DNA of 64,000 nt from the sequence record OR258281.1. The stretch is one strand, 5' to 3'. This document shows positions 61,063-64,000 of the stretch, in pieces (position 1 is the stretch's first letter; every line of letters starts with the position of its first letter). The position numbers and the translations under genes are program-made. Under the pieces are notes generated by a model that did not search any database, was not told the DNA's origin, and worked only from the letters and a program-made list of their open reading frames with translations.

Positions 61063-61454
61063 TTAACATAGAGTTACTAGATAAAATCGATAGCTTTTTG
61101 AGTACTACAACTCGTAAAGATTTCAACGCCAGTCATGATTATATTGGTGCATTAAAGTACTCTCGTGATATAGAGAATGCATCTGTCGAGTTGTGGTTAA
61201 CTATACAAGGCCATATATATACTTTTATGATTGTTAGTAGTGATCAGTATACTTATCTATCACAACTAACTAGTGAAATCATAGTATGTAATTATAATAA
61301 AGCCATTAGCTTTAATATGGATAATATAGAGTCTGATGATGACATATTCAATATGTCCTTATTAGAAGATGTTCAAGGTATTACAGTTGAAGTACTAAAC
61401 AAAATAAAACAATTGCAAGATAAAACAATCAAAATTATTGAGGATTATACATGA
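61059..61454 (+). CDS. hypothetical protein, DxxFN family
   Basis: IESDDDIFNMSLLED. Confidence 0.7.
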   Translation: MINIELLDKIDSFLSTTTRKDFNASHDYIGALKYSRDIENASVELWLTIQGHIYTFMIVSSDQYTYLSQLTSEIIVCNYNKAISFNMDNIESDDDIFNMSLLEDVQGITVEVLNKIKQLQDKTIKIIEDYT

Positions 61455-62080
61455 CTACAATTACTCTTACTCACGCATTAGTAGAAATCAAGAAACTAGA
61501 TCAACAGATTCAACGTGCTTCAATGCAAGCATTTGTTGGCTTCACTACTGGTGAGGGCGTGTGGGAGAAACCTTCTGATCGCAAGTACACTGACAAGAAC
61601 CAAGCAGCGTCAGCGTATAAATCGGCACTGGATTCTGTACAGGATCTGATTACCCGCCGTACTGCAATCAAAGGTGCAATCGTCAAAGCAAACGCTGTTA
61701 CCTTAGTAAAAGTAGCTGACGTTGAAATGACAATTGCAGAAGCAATTGAGCGTAAGAATAGCATTTCGTTTAAGCAGTTCCTGCTTGACAGTCTTCGTCG
61801 TCAGCAGGCAGAAGCAGTTAATTCTGTTACTCGCCTGGAAGCACAGATGCAGACTGAAATTACCAAAAGCCGCAACGAACTTGCAGCCGCTGGTAAGTCT
61901 GATGAAGCTAAACTTGAACAAAGTTCAGCAGATATTAAAAAGAAAGCACTACCAGTACTGAATGATCCAAACGGCATTCAGGCTGTAATTGAAGCACTGG
62001 AAAAAGAGATCGAAGATTTCGTTTCCAATGTGGATGTAGTACTTTCAGTAGCTAACGCTACAACTACTATTGAAGTTTAA
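61451..62080 (+). CDS. coiled-coil protein, DIP1984/DUF6847-like
   Basis: ITLTHAL, RRTAIKGAIVKANA, MTIAEAIERK, VDVVLSVANATTTIEV; highly-expressed-type codon usage. Confidence 0.65.
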   Translation: MTTITLTHALVEIKKLDQQIQRASMQAFVGFTTGEGVWEKPSDRKYTDKNQAASAYKSALDSVQDLITRRTAIKGAIVKANAVTLVKVADVEMTIAEAIERKNSISFKQFLLDSLRRQQAEAVNSVTRLEAQMQTEITKSRNELAAAGKSDEAKLEQSSADIKKKALPVLNDPNGIQAVIEALEKEIEDFVSNVDVVLSVANATTTIEV

Positions 62081-62090
62081 TAGTAAATAG

Positions 62091-62496
62091 TTCGGCACAA
62101 TGTGCCGAATTAATTAAGTACTCTATCGTCTTTACTGATAAGCCAAACAATTGCAGTTCTGTCTTTCCAGCGGAACTAAAACTTCTGGAGAACTAATCGG
62201 ATGATTAATTACACTTTTATGTAAATCAAAACATGTGCGACTTTGGCGGTATTAGTCCTGACCATTAAACCGCCATAACGATCAACATTGAAGCGATTAA
62301 CTCTGAAAAGTTTAACGATTGATACATTAAAAGCTAAACGCTAGATAAGCTCAATGCACTTAATGATATTCAAAATCCTTGATTAACGGGAACGATGTTT
62401 GCAATTTTGATCTAGGCTTACGACAAGGCTGGTAAACGGGGTTAGAGTACTTTACTAATTCGGTCCAAATAAAGCACCTTCAACGGGTGCTTTTTT
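62091..62496 (+). ncRNA. candidate about 400-nt structured RNA/3' UTR ending in a terminator
   Basis: No ORF; TTCGGCAC/GTGCCGAA and TGGCGGT/ACCGCCA stems; terminator 62471-62496. Confidence 0.45.
62471..62496 (+). terminator. rho-independent terminator
   Basis: aaagcacc-ttcaacg-ggtgcttt + T run. Confidence 0.85.
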
Positions 62497-62524
62497 ATTG
62501 TCTTCTTTATTTTTAGATGGTACT

Positions 62525-62737
62525 ATGTACAGTGAACAACAAATCTATCGAGTTCAATCTCACTTTAACACCTATGGCTTTGAAGCAACCATTCTCGTTG
62601 CGATATATCATGGCGTTACAGATCCAGTTGAACTTACAAGAATCCTTTTAGATGCAGCAGTCTTTGACTCTTCAATCAAAGACAATATCAGTATTGAAAA
62701 AGTAACTGATAGCATCAAAAAGTACACTAAATCATAG
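62525..62737 (+). CDS. hypothetical protein
   Basis: ATG 62525 in the 79-aa frame. Confidence 0.6.
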   Translation: MYSEQQIYRVQSHFNTYGFEATILVAIYHGVTDPVELTRILLDAAVFDSSIKDNISIEKVTDSIKKYTKS

Positions 62738-62747
62738 GGTAATTAAA

Positions 62748-63158
62748 ATGGATAAACCACAGTACTCTTGTTACATAGTACTCCGAAAAGACTTAGATAT
62801 GCCTGTTGGTAAGTTCTCTGCACAAGTAGGACACGCAGTAGGTAAAATCTTTGAGTACTACATGACACAAAAAGAACATCACCGAAATACCGATGATGAA
62901 GAACTTCTTTCACGTGTCAGTACTTTTGAGAACTGGAACAAAGAAGGTGGCGGTCACGGTGGTAAGAAAGTAATTCTTAAAGCCGATACTGAACTTAAAC
63001 TTGAAAATCTTCGTAAGAAACTTAACGAAGACAATGTTAAGTACTTCGATATTTTCGATTACGGATATAACTTCTTTGACGGTTTAACTTGTACTGGATT
63101 AGTACTTTATCCACGTCAGGAAGAACTAAAATACATTAAACGCTTACAGTGTTGGTGA
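62748..63158 (+). CDS. peptidyl-tRNA hydrolase type 2 (Pth2)
   Basis: YIVLRKDLDMPVGKFSAQVGHA, W..EG...KKVILKA, D.G....T..GL..YP. Confidence 0.85.
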   Translation: MDKPQYSCYIVLRKDLDMPVGKFSAQVGHAVGKIFEYYMTQKEHHRNTDDEELLSRVSTFENWNKEGGGHGGKKVILKADTELKLENLRKKLNEDNVKYFDIFDYGYNFFDGLTCTGLVLYPRQEELKYIKRLQCW

Positions 63159-63161
63159 TAT

Positions 63162-63449
63162 ATGAGTAAAAGTAAATTAGATACTACCCCAACGATTGTA
63201 TTACATCGTTATCGTGAAAGCTTACGTGCTAAAGTTAAATCAGTACGTGAAGATATTAAAATCTGGAAAGATACATCAAATCCTTATATTACAGAAGTAC
63301 TGGAATTCAGAAAACAGATTGCCAGCACTGAAGTACTAATCACTATTTGTGATGAACTACTTAAGAATATGGGTTGTATCGATCCTAAACGTGATGAACT
63401 TATTAATAAGTTCCTGATTGGTACTGGATATTATGTTGAAGAAAATTGA
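63162..63449 (+). CDS. hypothetical protein
   Basis: 95 aa ORF. Confidence 0.65.
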   Translation: MSKSKLDTTPTIVLHRYRESLRAKVKSVREDIKIWKDTSNPYITEVLEFRKQIASTEVLITICDELLKNMGCIDPKRDELINKFLIGTGYYVEEN

Positions 63450-63663
63450 TGATGCTGTTGTACAGGTAAAATGTAAAGGTAATTATAAGTTCCTGGACTT
63501 GTATGTGTTTGATAAAGAAGTTTATGCTAAACTTGGAAGTTCCTATATCAAGATCATGAGTTCTAATCTTACGAGTAATTCATCTTATCGTTGGGTGAAA
63601 CTCTACAACATCAATGAAAGCTATAGCAAATGTGTGCTTATCTACGATGAACCATCAAGGTGA
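63433..63663 (+). CDS. hypothetical protein
   Basis: ATG 63433 overlapping the previous gene. Confidence 0.6.
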   Translation: MLKKIDDAVVQVKCKGNYKFLDLYVFDKEVYAKLGSSYIKIMSSNLTSNSSYRWVKLYNINESYSKCVLIYDEPSR

Positions 63664-63667
63664 CTGT

Positions 63668-64000
63668 ATGACTCCTAAGCAGGCTTTAGAGAACGCAATT
63701 GATGCAGTGCATGGTTCGGACATTGAGAGCGTATATGTTCGCAACACGCTCCAGACGCTGCTTAAATCGCTGTCCGTAGAGTACTCGTACTATATGTACC
63801 GTTTTACGACAAGCTCAGGTCAGAGTTCCTGGCAGTACATCAAGTACTCAAAACAGGCTAAACCTTTGTCAGATCCAGATACCCATGAAGAAATAAAGGA
63901 ATGGATCTTAGAACAGTCGGAAAACGCTTGGTTTGAGTATGCCGCAAGCGGTAGTATAGAAATTAATGAATGTACAAAAGAATTTTTTCAACTCCAGAAC
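63668..64000 (+). CDS. hypothetical protein (runs off window end)
   Basis: MTPKQALENAIDAVHG... open for 111 codons to the end; SD aagg. Confidence 0.65.
   Translation, partial: MTPKQALENAIDAVHGSDIESVYVRNTLQTLLKSLSVEYSYYMYRFTTSSGQSSWQYIKYSKQAKPLSDPDTHEEIKEWILEQSENAWFEYAASGSIEINECTKEFFQLQN

Overview
AT-rich (roughly one-third GC by eye), densely coding, almost entirely plus-strand segment of a lytic jumbo myophage. Gene content resembles the RAK2/GAP32/PBECO4-like enterobacterial jumbo phages; this is inferred from gene content, with no database search. Layout: primase-helicase-Dcm-like block (0.2-3.7 kb); late/virion-like genes behind TAAATA promoters (4-9 kb); nrdA, a repeat protein and nrdB; MazG-like pyrophosphohydrolase; two tandem T4-holin-like genes (the only minus-strand genes); DHFR, RNase H, Dda helicase, IF3; a KTSC/zincin/GNAT-like cassette; two-subunit topoisomerase II; baseplate-like protein; DnaE fragment; GroES; clamp loader; a Ter/TelA cluster; NADAR; a zinc-finger-repeat homing endonuclease; and a tRNA/ncRNA region (55-62.5 kb) with many paralogous small ORFs and Pth2. 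Most notable: (1) a compact tRNA-like element with a CUA (amber) anticodon loop directly upstream of a 2OG-Fe(II) oxygenase whose SD-led ATG is followed by an in-frame TAG at codon 3; (2) a tRNA-Ser with the rare ACT anticodon; (3) three or four structured non-coding RNA candidates, one about 700 nt with its own promoter; (4) strong apparent over-representation of the palindrome AGTACT; (5) a 10-copy TGAAA(C/T)-N17-TATACT promoter regulon. Some starts were moved from the ORF track to the SD-supported codon.
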